Assembly (NCBI GenBank): GCA_964462205.1
Contig: CAYWWW010000007.1
Span: forward strand, 28,149-92,148
Origin: an uncultured Cardiobacteriales bacterium
GTDB taxonomy: Bacteria; Pseudomonadota; Gammaproteobacteria; CAYWWW01
Direction of reading: 5' to 3'
DNA length: 64,000 nt
The notes under the pieces are model-generated. The model ran no database searches. It saw only the letters and a list, made by a program, of their open reading frames with translations, and was not told the origin of the DNA. Positions 21,225-32,300 of this stretch are shown here, one piece after another. Within the stretch, counting starts at the first letter, position 1, and each line of letters starts with the position of its first letter. A program made the translations under genes and the position numbers.

Positions 21225-21965
21225 ATGAAAATTCGTCATGAAATTGTTGAAGTAAACGCTGGCCTTTTGGTGATGTTGACGCTTTTGGTGATCAGCATCG
21301 GCGGCTTGGTGGAAATTGTGCCCTTGTTTCGCATCAACGATACCGTGGAACAAGTCGAGGGTGTGCGCCCTTACACGCCTTTGGAAGTGCGTGGCCGCGA
21401 CATCTACGTGCGCGAAGGCTGCTATAACTGTCATTCGCAGATGATTCGGCCATTCCGTGATGAATATCTGCGTTATGGCCATTATTCGCTTGCCGCAGAA
21501 TCGCAATATGATCATCCATTTCAATGGGGTTCTAAACGTACTGGGCCGGATTTAGCGCGGGTTGGCGGCAAGTATTCCGATGAATGGCATACGCAGCATT
21601 TGATTGCGCCGCGTTCTTTGGTGCCGGAATCCATCATGCCAAATTATCCTTGGCTTTTAGAAAATGATCTGAAATATGCCGACATCACTTTGCGGATGCA
21701 GGCGTTGCGGAAAGTCGGCGTACCGTATTCTTTGAGCGAAGAAGACTATCAAGCCAATGTTGAAAAATTTGGTGCCGATGTCGCCAATAAACTCGATATT
21801 CGCCAGGCAGAAAAAAATCTTGTTGCTCAAGCGCAAAGCCGGAATTGGGATGGTATTCAAGGACGTATCACCGAAATGGATGCTTTGGTTGCCTATTTGC
21901 AAGTGCTTGGCACCATGGTGGACTTTTCGCAATATGAAGAAGGCTATTTTGCCGAATTCCGTTAA
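21225..21965 (+). CDS. ccoO: cbb3 oxidase subunit II
   Basis: [27 protein letters not shown]. Confidence 0.98.
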   Translation: MKIRHEIVEVNAGLLVMLTLLVISIGGLVEIVPLFRINDTVEQVEGVRPYTPLEVRGRDIYVREGCYNCHSQMIRPFRDEYLRYGHYSLAAESQYDHPFQWGSKRTGPDLARVGGKYSDEWHTQHLIAPRSLVPESIMPNYPWLLENDLKYADITLRMQALRKVGVPYSLSEEDYQANVEKFGADVANKLDIRQAEKNLVAQAQSRNWDGIQGRITEMDALVAYLQVLGTMVDFSQYEEGYFAEFR

Positions 21966-22003
21966 TTTTTTAGGCTGCGACAGCGGCCTTGTGAGGTTTC
22001 CCA

Positions 22004-22237
22004 ATGCTTGAACTTTGGTTGTGGATTACCGACTTGGGCAATAGCAAAAGCCTAGCACTGGTGCTTTTTTTGGGCGTTTATCTTGGCATACTTTTGTATG
22101 TCTTGACGGGAAAAAAGCGCTCAAAACGCCTTGAAACTTTTAAATATATTCCTTTTTTGGATGACGAAGATCCAACCCTTAAAAAAGAAGCTAACGATAC
22201 CGTAGGAACCCATGAGCAAAGTAACCCAAAATCCTAA
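22004..22237 (+). CDS. ccoQ: cbb3 oxidase subunit CcoQ
   Basis: Single TM plus IPFLDDE, located between ccoO and ccoP. Confidence 0.88.
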   Translation: MLELWLWITDLGNSKSLALVLFLGVYLGILLYVLTGKKRSKRLETFKYIPFLDDEDPTLKKEANDTVGTHEQSNPKS

Positions 22238-23141
22238 AACGACCTGTAGTACGACAGGTCACGCCTGGGATGAAAATATCCAGGAATATAATAACCCCCT
22301 GCCTGGCTGGTGGTTGTGGTCATTTTATGCCACGTTTGTTTTCACTATTGCCTATTTTATTCTTTACCCGGCTTGGCCGGTCGGTAATGACTATACCAAA
22401 GGCATTGCTACCTTAACGATTGAAAAAGATGGGGAAAAAGTAAACGTCGGTTGGAATACCCGCTATTTGTATATTCAAGATATGCAAAGCGGTCCATCGG
22501 CTACCCGTTACGCCGAAGCGACGCAAAGCATTGCCGCTTTAGACTATGAACAAATGCTTGCCAGTCCTGAGGCCATGGGCTTTGTTCGTGCCGCCGGTAG
22601 GCAGTTGTTTGCCACCAACTGCGCTTCTTGCCATGGTCAAGGTGGCGTTGGGGTCGTTGGTCAATACCCGGTACTGGTGGATGATGATTGGTTATGGGGC
22701 GGCAGTTTGCAACAAATTGAACACGTCTTAATCAATGGCCGACAAGGTTATATGCCCTATTACGATGCTACTGCTTTGAATGATCAGCAGCTTGATGATG
22801 TGGCAACTTATGTATTGGCGATGTCCGATCACAGCGTCGATGCGGAAGCGGCGACTCGCGGCAAAGAAATTTTCAACGGCTATGCTGGTGGTTGTTATCA
22901 ATGTCATACCGAAAATGGCACGGGGTTATATTCGCTTGGTTCAGCTAATTTAACCGATAACATCTGGACGGTAGCCAAAGTCCCGTTAGCGGATAGTGTT
23001 GCGGCGAAAAAAGAAGCCGTTAAAGGCGTTATTCGCAATGGTATCAATCGCTTGATGCCAGCACAAGGCAATCGTTTGAGTGAACAAGAAATCCGCATCC
23101 TGACCGCCTATGTGCATCAGGAATTTGGTGGCGGCCAATAA
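22212..23141 (+). CDS. ccoP: cbb3 oxidase subunit III (dihaem)
   Basis: TTGHAWD..EYNNPLPGWW; CASCH and CYQCH haem motifs. Confidence 0.97.
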   Translation: MSKVTQNPKTTCSTTGHAWDENIQEYNNPLPGWWLWSFYATFVFTIAYFILYPAWPVGNDYTKGIATLTIEKDGEKVNVGWNTRYLYIQDMQSGPSATRYAEATQSIAALDYEQMLASPEAMGFVRAAGRQLFATNCASCHGQGGVGVVGQYPVLVDDDWLWGGSLQQIEHVLINGRQGYMPYYDATALNDQQLDDVATYVLAMSDHSVDAEAATRGKEIFNGYAGGCYQCHTENGTGLYSLGSANLTDNIWTVAKVPLADSVAAKKEAVKGVIRNGINRLMPAQGNRLSEQEIRILTAYVHQEFGGGQ

Positions 23142-23157
23142 TAAGCTGTTCTTTTTG

Positions 23158-23190
23158 ACTCCCGTTAAGCCAAAGGCAGCGGGAGTTTTG
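23158..23190 (+). terminator. Stem-loop between ccoP and ccoG
   Basis: ACTCCCG...CGGGAGT followed by TTT. Confidence 0.45.
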
Positions 23191-23230
23191 CATTCTGTCA
23201 GCGTTTTTTCCTTTCTATCTGGCACCGCTT

Positions 23231-24631
23231 ATGTCCAATCTTGCCCCCCAGCCGATTAAAATTTATCCGCGTTCGGTTAAAGGTCCGTTTCGTAATTTCA
23301 AATCTTTGATTTTATTGATTGCTTTTGCCGTTTTTTTTGTTACCCCCTGGTTGCCCTGGCCGCGTGCGGTGGCTAAAGATCAAGCGGTGATGTTCGATAT
23401 TTCCAGTCAACATTTTTATATTTTTGATTTAGTTGTCTTTGCCCAGGACATCTTTTGGTTGTCTGGCGTGTTGATGATTGCCGCCTTTTTTCTGTTTGCC
23501 GCTACCACGGTTTTTGGCCGGGTCTTTTGCGGCTATTTCTGTTTTCAAACGCTGTGGAGCGATACTTTTGGTTTGGTGCAGCGCTTTTTTCAAGGCGAAA
23601 AGCCGCAAAAAATGCGTCGGGATGCCGCTGGTTGGAGTTGGGATCGCACCTGGCGGGTCGGCGCAACGCATCTTTCTTGGCTTCTGATCGCCTTTGCCAC
23701 CGGTTTTACTTTTGCAGCCTATTGGACTTATGCACCGGAAATGGCCGTGAATTTTTTTACCGGTCAAGCCAATTCAACGGTTTATACCACAGTGGGTATT
23801 TTAACGGCGACGACCTATCTTTTTGCCGGTTTTGTCCGGGAAAATGTCTGTTTGCATATCTGTCCCTACGCGCGTTTTCAGTCGGTGATGTTTGATCGCG
23901 ATACGGCCATTGTTGCCTATGACTTTAATCGTGGCGAAGGCGCGGCCGGTCGTGCCAAAGTGGAACGTGCGCATAAAAGCCGCGACGAGCGCCAAGCGGA
24001 AGGGCACGGTGATTGCATTGAGTGCGGCTATTGCGTACAGGTTTGTCCCACCGGCATTGACATCCGCGAAGGTTCGCAACTTGGCTGTATTTCCTGCGGT
24101 TTGTGCATTGATGCCTGTAATGAAATCATGGATCGCCTGCATTGGCCACGCGGTTTGATCCGCTATTCTTCCGAGCGCGAACTCAATGAAGGCAAAAAAA
24201 TCCACTGGTTACGGCCAAAAGTGATCGGTTATGCCTTGGTGTTGATTGTCGCCGGGCTGTTGTTGACCAAATCGGTCGTAGAAACCGCACCTTGGGAAAT
24301 GCTGGCCTCACAACAGCGACAACCGTTGTTTGTCCAATTATCGGATGGACGCATTCAAAATACCTATCTTTTGAAAATCAACAACAAAACCCAAGACGAC
24401 ATCGCCTTTGCCTTGGCGATTGAAGCCTTACCTGGGGCGGAGTTGGATTTAGGTCGTTTAGAAAATTTGCAGTTAGCACCAGAGCAAAGTTTAAGCATTA
24501 CCGTGCGGGTAAAACTGGCGTTATCGGATGCCTCGCCGCGTCAGTTGCCCTTGACTTTTGTGCTGCAAGATCAAAACGGTAAACATCCTGATCTGCGGGT
24601 TTCTTCGGTGTTTTCGAGCGCCGGTTCTTAA
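23231..24631 (+). CDS. ccoG: Cytochrome c oxidase accessory ferredoxin-like protein
   Basis: GRVFCGYFC, CPYARFQ, CIECGYCVQVCPTGIDIR, CISCGLCIDAC. Confidence 0.96.
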   Translation: MSNLAPQPIKIYPRSVKGPFRNFKSLILLIAFAVFFVTPWLPWPRAVAKDQAVMFDISSQHFYIFDLVVFAQDIFWLSGVLMIAAFFLFAATTVFGRVFCGYFCFQTLWSDTFGLVQRFFQGEKPQKMRRDAAGWSWDRTWRVGATHLSWLLIAFATGFTFAAYWTYAPEMAVNFFTGQANSTVYTTVGILTATTYLFAGFVRENVCLHICPYARFQSVMFDRDTAIVAYDFNRGEGAAGRAKVERAHKSRDERQAEGHGDCIECGYCVQVCPTGIDIREGSQLGCISCGLCIDACNEIMDRLHWPRGLIRYSSERELNEGKKIHWLRPKVIGYALVLIVAGLLLTKSVVETAPWEMLASQQRQPLFVQLSDGRIQNTYLLKINNKTQDDIAFALAIEALPGAELDLGRLENLQLAPEQSLSITVRVKLALSDASPRQLPLTFVLQDQNGKHPDLRVSSVFSSAGS

Positions 24632-24646
24632 GTTTTTGGAGCAACC

Positions 24647-25465
24647 ATGGCCGATTTAGTGCAAAGCCTCGCCCTGGGCGTAGGCTTGATTATTCTCGCT
24701 TTTTTCCTGTTATATCGCTTACTGCGTTTAACGCCTTTGCAGTCGAGTTTGTTGATAAGTTTGGCGGCATTGGCGATTTATATCCCACAAACGATCATTA
24801 ACTGGCCGGGTCTGGATGTGTTGGCCATTCATCTGGCTTTTTATTTAACTGCTTGTTATGGCTTGGGTTTGATTTATTCCATTCGTGAGCGGCGGGCGCG
24901 GGAGGAAGGTGTCGCCGATAACCGCTTTCAATGGCCGCCCTTGTTTATTATCAGCTTTTTCCTGATTTTGGCCTTGGTGGATGCCTTGTGGATCACCCTG
25001 TCGCAAAAAGGTTTGGAAGGTAATCTGGCGCAAGTAGTGCTGCCGGATGCCCAAGATCGTGCCGTGACTTCGTTTTTCCCCGGCACCATTACCCATAATT
25101 TTCAAAAAAAAGAGGCGCTGTTTAACGATTATCGGGCGGCGCGTGATCTGCAAGAACAGCGCGGTTGGCAGGTGAAAAAGGGTTGGTTAGATACCGCTTA
25201 TTTTGGTCAGCCGAATGTTTTTCGTTTGCAACTCAATGATGCTCAAGGAAAACCTCTGAGTGCCGCGGCAGTTGAGGGCGTGTTTTGGCGCTTGTCAGAT
25301 AAGCGTTTGGATAGCGAGATGATGTTACAAGAAATTGAACCTGGCATCTATCAAACCGTGGTGGATTTACCGGCACCTGGACGTTGGCAATTGTATGTAT
25401 TGATTAAAAAAGAATCCGCCGTGCATGAGATTCGTGCTCATACCTGGCTTAAGGAAGCGCTCTAA
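24647..25465 (+). CDS. ccoH: FixH/CcoH-family protein with extra N-terminal TM helices
   Basis: Lies between ccoG and ccoI; C-terminal FixH-like domain (QRGW, PGIYQ..PAPGRWQL). Confidence 0.75.
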   Translation: MADLVQSLALGVGLIILAFFLLYRLLRLTPLQSSLLISLAALAIYIPQTIINWPGLDVLAIHLAFYLTACYGLGLIYSIRERRAREEGVADNRFQWPPLFIISFFLILALVDALWITLSQKGLEGNLAQVVLPDAQDRAVTSFFPGTITHNFQKKEALFNDYRAARDLQEQRGWQVKKGWLDTAYFGQPNVFRLQLNDAQGKPLSAAAVEGVFWRLSDKRLDSEMMLQEIEPGIYQTVVDLPAPGRWQLYVLIKKESAVHEIRAHTWLKEAL

Positions 25466-25476
25466 AATGGCCGTGT

Positions 25477-27945
25477 ATGTCTGAATCTGAATCCACAACC
25501 CGCTGTTATCATTGTAATTTACCGGCAAGAATTGGCGCTTTTCCAGCCGAAGTTGCCGGTGAAAAGCGGGAGTTTTGCTGTCCTGGGTGTCGTGCCGTTG
25601 CCGAATCTATTTTTGCTGAAGGATTGGGTGCCTATTATCAACAGCGTGAAAAACCGGCGGGGACAGCTTTGCCTGCCGATAGTGCGGTAAAAATCTATGA
25701 TCATTCGCTGTTGCAACAAGGCTTTAGCCGTGTGAATGCCGATGGCAGCCGCTCCGCCACTTTGATTATAGAAGGCATTACCTGCGCGGCTTGTGTGTGG
25801 TTAAACGAGCGGCATGTGCAACGCCTGGCTGGGGTTACGCAGTTTTATGTCAATTACGCCAATCAACGGGCCATCGTCCAGTGGCAGCCGGATGTCATCG
25901 CTTTCAGTGAAATTCTTTTAGCAATTCAAAGTATTGGCTATCGCGCTTATCCTTACGATAGCCAAAAGCAAGAGGCGCAGTTGCGGCAAGAACGGCGGAC
26001 GTTGCTGCGGCGTTTGGCGGTGGCCGGACTCTTGACGATGCAGATCATGATGATTTCCGTGGTGTTTTACCTTGCTGATGATATGCAGGTGGAACGCGGC
26101 ATCTGGCATTTTTTGCGGGGTTTGGCCTTGTTGCTGACGGTACCAGTGCTGTTGTATAGCGGCTGGCCTTTTTTGCAAGGTGCTTGGCGAAGTCTTAAAA
26201 ATCAGCAGTTTGGCATGGATGTCACCGTGGTGCTGGCGGTGTGGCTGTCGTTTGTGGCGAGTGTCTGGTTTACCGTCACCGGTCACGGCCATGTCTATTA
26301 CGATTCGGTCAGCATGTTTATCTTTTTCTTGCTGATTGCCCGCTATTTTGAGTTACAAGCGCGGCAGCGCTCGGCTTTGGTGTTGGAAAATCGCCTCGTG
26401 CCCTTGCCAAGTCTGGCGCATGTTGCGCGTTCTTTGCCGGAAGATGAAAAAAATCAAGCGGAAATGCCTTCTTGGGCAGCGCGTCTGTGGTCAGATGAAC
26501 CCGCAGCGTTATTGCAGCTCGGCGATCACCTTTTGATCAAACCTGGCGAGCGCATTCCCGCCGATGCGCGGGTGGTGCATGGCGAAAGCACGGTTAATGA
26601 AGCGCTTTTGACCGGCGAAGCCTGGCCGGTGGCCAAAAAAGTCGGCGATAGACTATTGGCCGGCAGTGTCAATCAGGACTATCCCCTCTATGCCGAAGTT
26701 GAGCGCGTCGGCCAGGCCACGGTGTTACGGGAAATTCAGCGTCTCGCCGAGTCGTCGCAGCGCGAGCGTCCCTCAGTCACGGTGTTGGCCAATCGTTTTT
26801 CGTCCTTGTTTATTGCCGTGGTGTTGCTCTTGACGACGCTCGTCGGCGCCTGGTGGTGGACGGTGGCACCGGAACGGGTGTTGGAAGTGATCGTGGCGAT
26901 GTTGGTAGTGACTTGTCCGTGTGCCTTGTCCTTGGCGGTGCCGGCGGCGATCAGCGCTGCTTTATCGGCGTTGACCCGAGAGGGCATTTTGGTAGTTCGT
27001 GCGAATGCTTTATTTTTATTGAATAAAATAGATACTGTCATCTTTGATAAAACCGGCACCTTGACCGATGGCCAACTGCATCTACTCAATCATCAAAGCC
27101 TTGACCCGTCTATCTTGGCTTTGGCAGCGGCATTGGAACAGGAAAGCTCGCATCCCATTGCGCAGGCATTTGGCCGTTTACATGCCGAGATTTTGCCGTT
27201 GGAGGTGCGAAAAATACATCCCCAACAAGGGGTTAGCGGCAGCTATCAAGGCAAGCGTTATTATTTGGGTTCAAGCATCTGGATGCAGCAATTGGGTTTT
27301 TTGTTACCTGACTTTTCAATGCCGAAGGCGACGACGGTCGTGTATCTGGCTGATGCTGAAAAAATCATCCAGGTTTTTGTTTTTCAAGAACAACTACGAC
27401 CAGAAGTAAAACAATTGCTTACCGATTTACGCGCCCAAGGCAAACAACTGCGGATTTTAAGCGGCGATGCGCCGGAAAACTTAGCCTATTGGCAGGAAGT
27501 GCTTGCTATGCCGGCAGTTGGCGGACAAACACCAGCGGCGAAAAGCGCCTATCTCAAGCAACTGCAAGAGCAAGGTCAGCAAGTGGCCATGATCGGTGAT
27601 GGCGTGAATGATGCGCCGGTATTGGCACAAGCCAATGTTTCTATAGCCTTAGGGAGTGGCGCGGCTTTGGCACAAAATCATGCAGATTTTATTTTGTTAA
27701 ACAATAACCTGGAAAAAGTTTCAACACTTTTTGCCAAAGCCCAACGCTTACGACAGATTACGCGGGAAAACATTGGCTGGGCTATCGGTTACAATATTGT
27801 CGCCTTGCCTTTGGCGGCTTCCGGTTGGCTTGTGCCCTGGATGGCAGCCTTGGGGATGTCGGCGAGTTCGCTGCTTGTGGTATTAAATGCCTTGCGTTTA
27901 GATGCACTGGCTACCTTGCCGAGTGCGGCTTTCGAGAGGAGCTAA
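25477..27945 (+). CDS. ccoI: Cu-transporting P1B-type ATPase
   Basis: CYHC, FCCPGC, CAAC, TGE, CPC, DKTGT, GDGVND. Confidence 0.95.
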   Translation: MSESESTTRCYHCNLPARIGAFPAEVAGEKREFCCPGCRAVAESIFAEGLGAYYQQREKPAGTALPADSAVKIYDHSLLQQGFSRVNADGSRSATLIIEGITCAACVWLNERHVQRLAGVTQFYVNYANQRAIVQWQPDVIAFSEILLAIQSIGYRAYPYDSQKQEAQLRQERRTLLRRLAVAGLLTMQIMMISVVFYLADDMQVERGIWHFLRGLALLLTVPVLLYSGWPFLQGAWRSLKNQQFGMDVTVVLAVWLSFVASVWFTVTGHGHVYYDSVSMFIFFLLIARYFELQARQRSALVLENRLVPLPSLAHVARSLPEDEKNQAEMPSWAARLWSDEPAALLQLGDHLLIKPGERIPADARVVHGESTVNEALLTGEAWPVAKKVGDRLLAGSVNQDYPLYAEVERVGQATVLREIQRLAESSQRERPSVTVLANRFSSLFIAVVLLLTTLVGAWWWTVAPERVLEVIVAMLVVTCPCALSLAVPAAISAALSALTREGILVVRANALFLLNKIDTVIFDKTGTLTDGQLHLLNHQSLDPSILALAAALEQESSHPIAQAFGRLHAEILPLEVRKIHPQQGVSGSYQGKRYYLGSSIWMQQLGFLLPDFSMPKATTVVYLADAEKIIQVFVFQEQLRPEVKQLLTDLRAQGKQLRILSGDAPENLAYWQEVLAMPAVGGQTPAAKSAYLKQLQEQGQQVAMIGDGVNDAPVLAQANVSIALGSGAALAQNHADFILLNNNLEKVSTLFAKAQRLRQITRENIGWAIGYNIVALPLAASGWLVPWMAALGMSASSLLVVLNALRLDALATLPSAAFERS

Positions 27946-27946
27946 G

Positions 27947-28105
27947 ATGGGAATTGTCTATATTTTGTTGGTGATCACCTTACTGGTGATTGTGCTCGCG
28001 GTGGTGGCGTTTTCCTGGTCGGTGAAAACGGGTCAGTTTGAGGATTTAGATACACCGGCGCAGCGGATTTTGTGGGATGACGATGACCCGCGCATTCCAA
28101 AGTAA
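27947..28105 (+). CDS. ccoS: cbb3 oxidase assembly protein
   Basis: TM followed by WSVKTGQFEDLD.PAQRILWDDD. Confidence 0.93.
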   Translation: MGIVYILLVITLLVIVLAVVAFSWSVKTGQFEDLDTPAQRILWDDDDPRIPK

Positions 28106-28140
28106 GTTTCTATTTTTTTTATTTTTTACAGGAGTGAACA

Positions 28141-28248
28141 ATGTCTTGGTTTAATTTTCAAAATTTGGCTTTAACCTTGATTTTCGCCTTTATCATTCTT
28201 GCCTGGGCGTCTTTTTTATCGGTGGTGTTTGACTTTTTCTTTGGTTAA
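28141..28248 (+). CDS. Small single-TM protein, 35 aa (below the ORF-track cutoff)
   Basis: AGGAG RBS; MSWFNFQNLALTLIFAFIILAWASFLSVVFDFFFG; lies before the operon terminator. Confidence 0.65.
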   Translation: MSWFNFQNLALTLIFAFIILAWASFLSVVFDFFFG

Positions 28249-28281
28249 TGTCCACTGTTCTTTCCTTTGTGATTTTTTTCC

Positions 28282-28308
28282 AAAAAAGCTGGCGTGATGC
28301 CAGCTTTT
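28282..28308. terminator. Bidirectional intrinsic terminator (cco operon / rpoH)
   Basis: AAAAAAGCTGGC-GTGAT-GCCAGCTTTT. Confidence 0.8.
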
Positions 28309-28354
28309 GCTTTTAGTTTGGGTCAGGAGACAGTAATAAGGCTACGCCTCGGCT

Positions 28355-29227
28355 TTAGGCGGACAGTAACGCTGCTTGCATTTTTTTACGAAGTTTATCA
28401 ATAGCTTCTTTTTCAATTTGCCGAATGCGTTCGGCAGATACGCCGTATTCTTCGGCTAAGGTTTGCAAAGTGGCGACTTCGCCTTCATCGCATAGCCAAC
28501 GCCGCAATAAAATATCTTTACTACGGGCATCCAGATGCCGCAGGGCCTGACGGAGCTGCTGCTGTTCGGTTTTTTGCGTTTCTTCAGCAACCAATGCCTC
28601 TGCCGGATCGACCGAAGCACTTAAATACTGCGCCGGTTGGGCGTGTTCTTCGTCATCGGGATCATTATCAAAGCCGACTTCATCAAAACTCAAGCGTTTT
28701 TCCATCTGTCGCACTTCGCTTTCTGCGACGTTTAAGTCATCGGCAATCGCTTTGACTTCGGCATTGTTGAGCCAACCGAGATGCTTTTTTTGGCCGCGTA
28801 ACTTAAAAAATAATTTGCGTTGGGCTTTGGTGGTGGCGATTTTGACCATGCGCCAGTTTTTAATAATAAATTCATGAATTTCAGCACGAATCCAATGCAC
28901 GGCAAAGGCCGCCAAACGCACGCCACGCGAGGGATCAAAACGCTTAACCGCTTTCATCAACCCCAAATTACCTTCTTGAATTAAATCCGCCAGCGCCAAG
29001 CCATAGCCTTGATACGTGCGGGCAATGTGTACGACAAAACGCAAATGCGATAATACCAAGGCTTGCGCGGCTTCGACATCGCTATGCTGTTGATAACGCA
29101 AACCGTAATTGTGTTCTTGCTCAAGTGTCAATAAGGGATAATGGCGAATTTGTTGTAGGTATTGCTCTAAACCGGAAGCGGTCGTCAGAAGGGAACCGCC
29201 CAGTTGAGGAACCAGTGCTTGCTGCAT
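28355..29227 (-). CDS. rpoH: RNA polymerase sigma-32 factor
   Basis: DLIQEGNLGLMKAVKRFDP; RpoH box KIATTKAQRKLFFKLR; GVSAERIRQIE. Confidence 0.97.
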   Translation of the reverse strand: MQQALVPQLGGSLLTTASGLEQYLQQIRHYPLLTLEQEHNYGLRYQQHSDVEAAQALVLSHLRFVVHIARTYQGYGLALADLIQEGNLGLMKAVKRFDPSRGVRLAAFAVHWIRAEIHEFIIKNWRMVKIATTKAQRKLFFKLRGQKKHLGWLNNAEVKAIADDLNVAESEVRQMEKRLSFDEVGFDNDPDDEEHAQPAQYLSASVDPAEALVAEETQKTEQQQLRQALRHLDARSKDILLRRWLCDEGEVATLQTLAEEYGVSAERIRQIEKEAIDKLRKKMQAALLSA

Positions 29228-29327
29228 TACAGCCTCCGTAAAAATGAATAATTGCTGAATTAGGAAATAATAAAGCCGCTGGTGGCTTTTTCAAGGCCAG
29301 CGGCGGTGGCAATCAACGATAGAAAAC

Positions 29328-32300
29328 TTAGCGTTGTTGTAAGACTAAAGCCATCAACAACCGATTGCTTGGGCTGACGCTCGCCAATTTCCCCTTGATC
29401 GTCGTCTCAAGCCATGCTTGTGCCGCCGGACTTTGACCGCTGACCAAGGCACCAACCAAAGCTGCATCTAAAAGATAGGTGATGGCTTGGGTGTTTTTGT
29501 CGGCCAAAGCATCCGGCAGCAGCTTTTGCGCCAAGTTCCACATGGCTTGGGCATCCCGATGCGCCACGGCTTGATACAAAGCATTCCAATCCTTAACTTT
29601 TTCTGAAGGGTCAGGACAATTTTGCCAAGTCAGATCATTCCAAAGTTCCAAGCGTTCGTTTTCCGGCAGATAAACTAAAGTCAATTGCGCAAAGACCAAA
29701 AGATTTTCTAGCCAATCGGCTTCACCAGCAAAATCGCGGCAATGCTGCTGTACCAGATGCGGCACATAGCGCAGATTGTGAACAAAATCGCTTTTTTCGC
29801 TTTTTTCGTCATTGGAATGCTTGAGTTGTTGATAAAAATCACGGGCAATCAATAACTCATTGCGATAGTTTAAAAAAGCATCCGGCGTGACCGACCAGGG
29901 CAAGGCCAGTCTCGGATGGCCGCCGAGCATTTCCTGTACCGGAATACTGCTTTTCAAAATACTTTCCAAGCCTTGCGCGCCTTCCCTGAAAAATAGGCTC
30001 TTTGGTGCTTGTAAACTTAACAGCGGATAAAAATCCGAATTGGCGGCGATGCCAAAGTCTTGAAACCAAGCATCCAGCGTCGCTTTGCTGCCGACAATCC
30101 GCGCTTCCGCCAAAGTTTTTTGGTCTAAACCAACGGCAGTTAATTCAGCTAACACCTGTTCTTGCTGCCAAGGAAAGTCACTGAGCAACGGCACTTGTTG
30201 GTTTTTGCTGGCGATAATCACCAAATCCCCGCCATTGGCCATCAGCACCTCGTAATCGGCAAAATGTGCCGATAACCCTTTGAAAACCGACGCTAATAGC
30301 GCATCGTTGAGTTCATAAACGTGCATCCATTGCACCAACAAGCCGTTGTCGGTTAAGGAGCGGCCAATATTTTGGTAAAACTCTTGACTAAACAAAGTGC
30401 CAACGCCGCTGACCCAGGGATTGGAAGGTTCGGAAATGATCAAATCATAGCGGTTGCCAGTTTTGGCAAAAAAGGCTTTGGCATCGTCAATGACCAAGAG
30501 GGAGCGTGGGTCTTCGTAGGCACGGCGGTTGCGTGGCAGGAATTGCTTGGCGCCTTCGATCATCATCGGTTCGATTTCAATGGTTTCAACTTTTTCAATG
30601 CTTTCAAAGCCTAACAGCACCTGGGTGCTTAAACCGGAACCAAACCCGATCACAGCGGCGGTTTTGGCCTCGGGGAAATACGCCGGACCTAGACTGCCCA
30701 GTAGCACCATGGTGGCCTCGTCGCTGGCGGGGGGGGCAATTTTGAAGGTTTCGGCGTTTTCGCCTTCAGGAACGGCGATAAAACGGCGCAAGGCTGCATC
30801 CGGTTTGCCGTTGGTCATAATGCTTTGGCTGTCGGCATCCGGTGTTTGGGTGACGGCCACGGTAGCGGTTTTGCCATCGCGCAGAAAAACCACGTTGCTT
30901 TGCTCGCCGATGTCGGTGCGGGCATAGCGAAAAACACCGGAACTCATTTGCCGTGGTTCCAGTTCAACGTAGTAAACCAGGCCTGTCCAAATGCCTAAGC
31001 CCATGAGACTGGCGGCGACAAAGCGCAATGCCTGTTGTCCGGGTTTGGCGGCGATCAACAAAATAATCCCTAAGAGAATGTCCAAACCTGCACCCACCGC
31101 CAAGAGCATTTTTAAGCCATAGCTTGGCATCAACCAATGCACGGCAATGAGTACACCGATGATGGCGCCAACGGTATTGATGGCATAGACCTGACCGATG
31201 CTGTTTTCCCGACCGCCGCGTTGTAACAAGGCTTGGGTAAATAAGGGCAAGGTCATACCGGCAAAGAAAGTCGCGGGGAACATGATCAACAAGGCAATGC
31301 CGTGGCTGAAAATCGAAAACAAGGCAAAACCGCCATCATTGCGCTGCACGCTGTTTAAGATAAATTTCATCCAGTCAAAGGATTGGCTGTAGAGCCACAA
31401 GGTGCTGATGGCAAAAATGCCCATGAGAATCTGAATGCTGCCTGCCCAAAGCAGCGGGCTTTGCATGGCATCCAGACGCTTACGAATCCACAAACCGCCG
31501 AAGGCTAAACCAGCGATAAAAGCACTTAACATGATTTCAAAGGCATACATGGTGCTGCCAAAGACCATGCTTAACAGCCGAATCCAAGCGATTTCATAGA
31601 TAAAGGAGGCTAAACCGGTGAAAAAAGCTGCAAATAAAATCAAGGCGGCAAAAAGCCAGAATGAAGCCGAGGCGGGTTTGTCTTCAGGGTTGCTTTTGGC
31701 AGCCGGTAAATCGGCAAAATCGGCATATTTGGCAATCCCATAGGCGACTAAGGCCACGGCGATGTTCAATAAACCGGCGGTAAAAATCGTCCCGGGTAAA
31801 CCCAAGGCCGGCATCAGCAAAAACACGCTGGCCAAAGCACCGATAGCCGCGCCTAAGCTATTGGTAAAATACAGCAAGCCGAGATTTTGCCCTGATTTTT
31901 CCGGCTGATAGCGTAAAAATACCGCCGTCATCAGTGGGAAGGTCATGCCGAGTAAAATCGTTTGCGGGAAAATCAAAAGACTGGCGCTGGTAAAGCGATA
32001 GGCATCCACCCAATTTTCTGGTAAAGCCGGAATAATGGTTTCCAAAGAAAGACTTAAAAAGCCTTTGAATGCCGGATCAAAAAGCAGTCCCAACAGACCG
32101 ATGATGCCTTCAATCAAGGCATAGCCCAAAAGCACGGCGCGGATTTTGTGCGAGTAAAGACTTGCGAGCCAAGCACCGAGTGCCAGGCCACCCATAAACA
32201 CCACCAAAACCACCGTTTGGGCATAGGCGCTATGGCCTAGATAAAGCCCTAAATAATGTGACCAGATGGATTGATAGACGAGACCGGCAAAGCCGGAGAG

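Noticed and set aside
19644-22011. Antisense and alternate-frame ORFs over the cco genes (representative of many short ORFs in the track)
   Set aside because: They are shadows of well-supported genes, with no recognisable motifs
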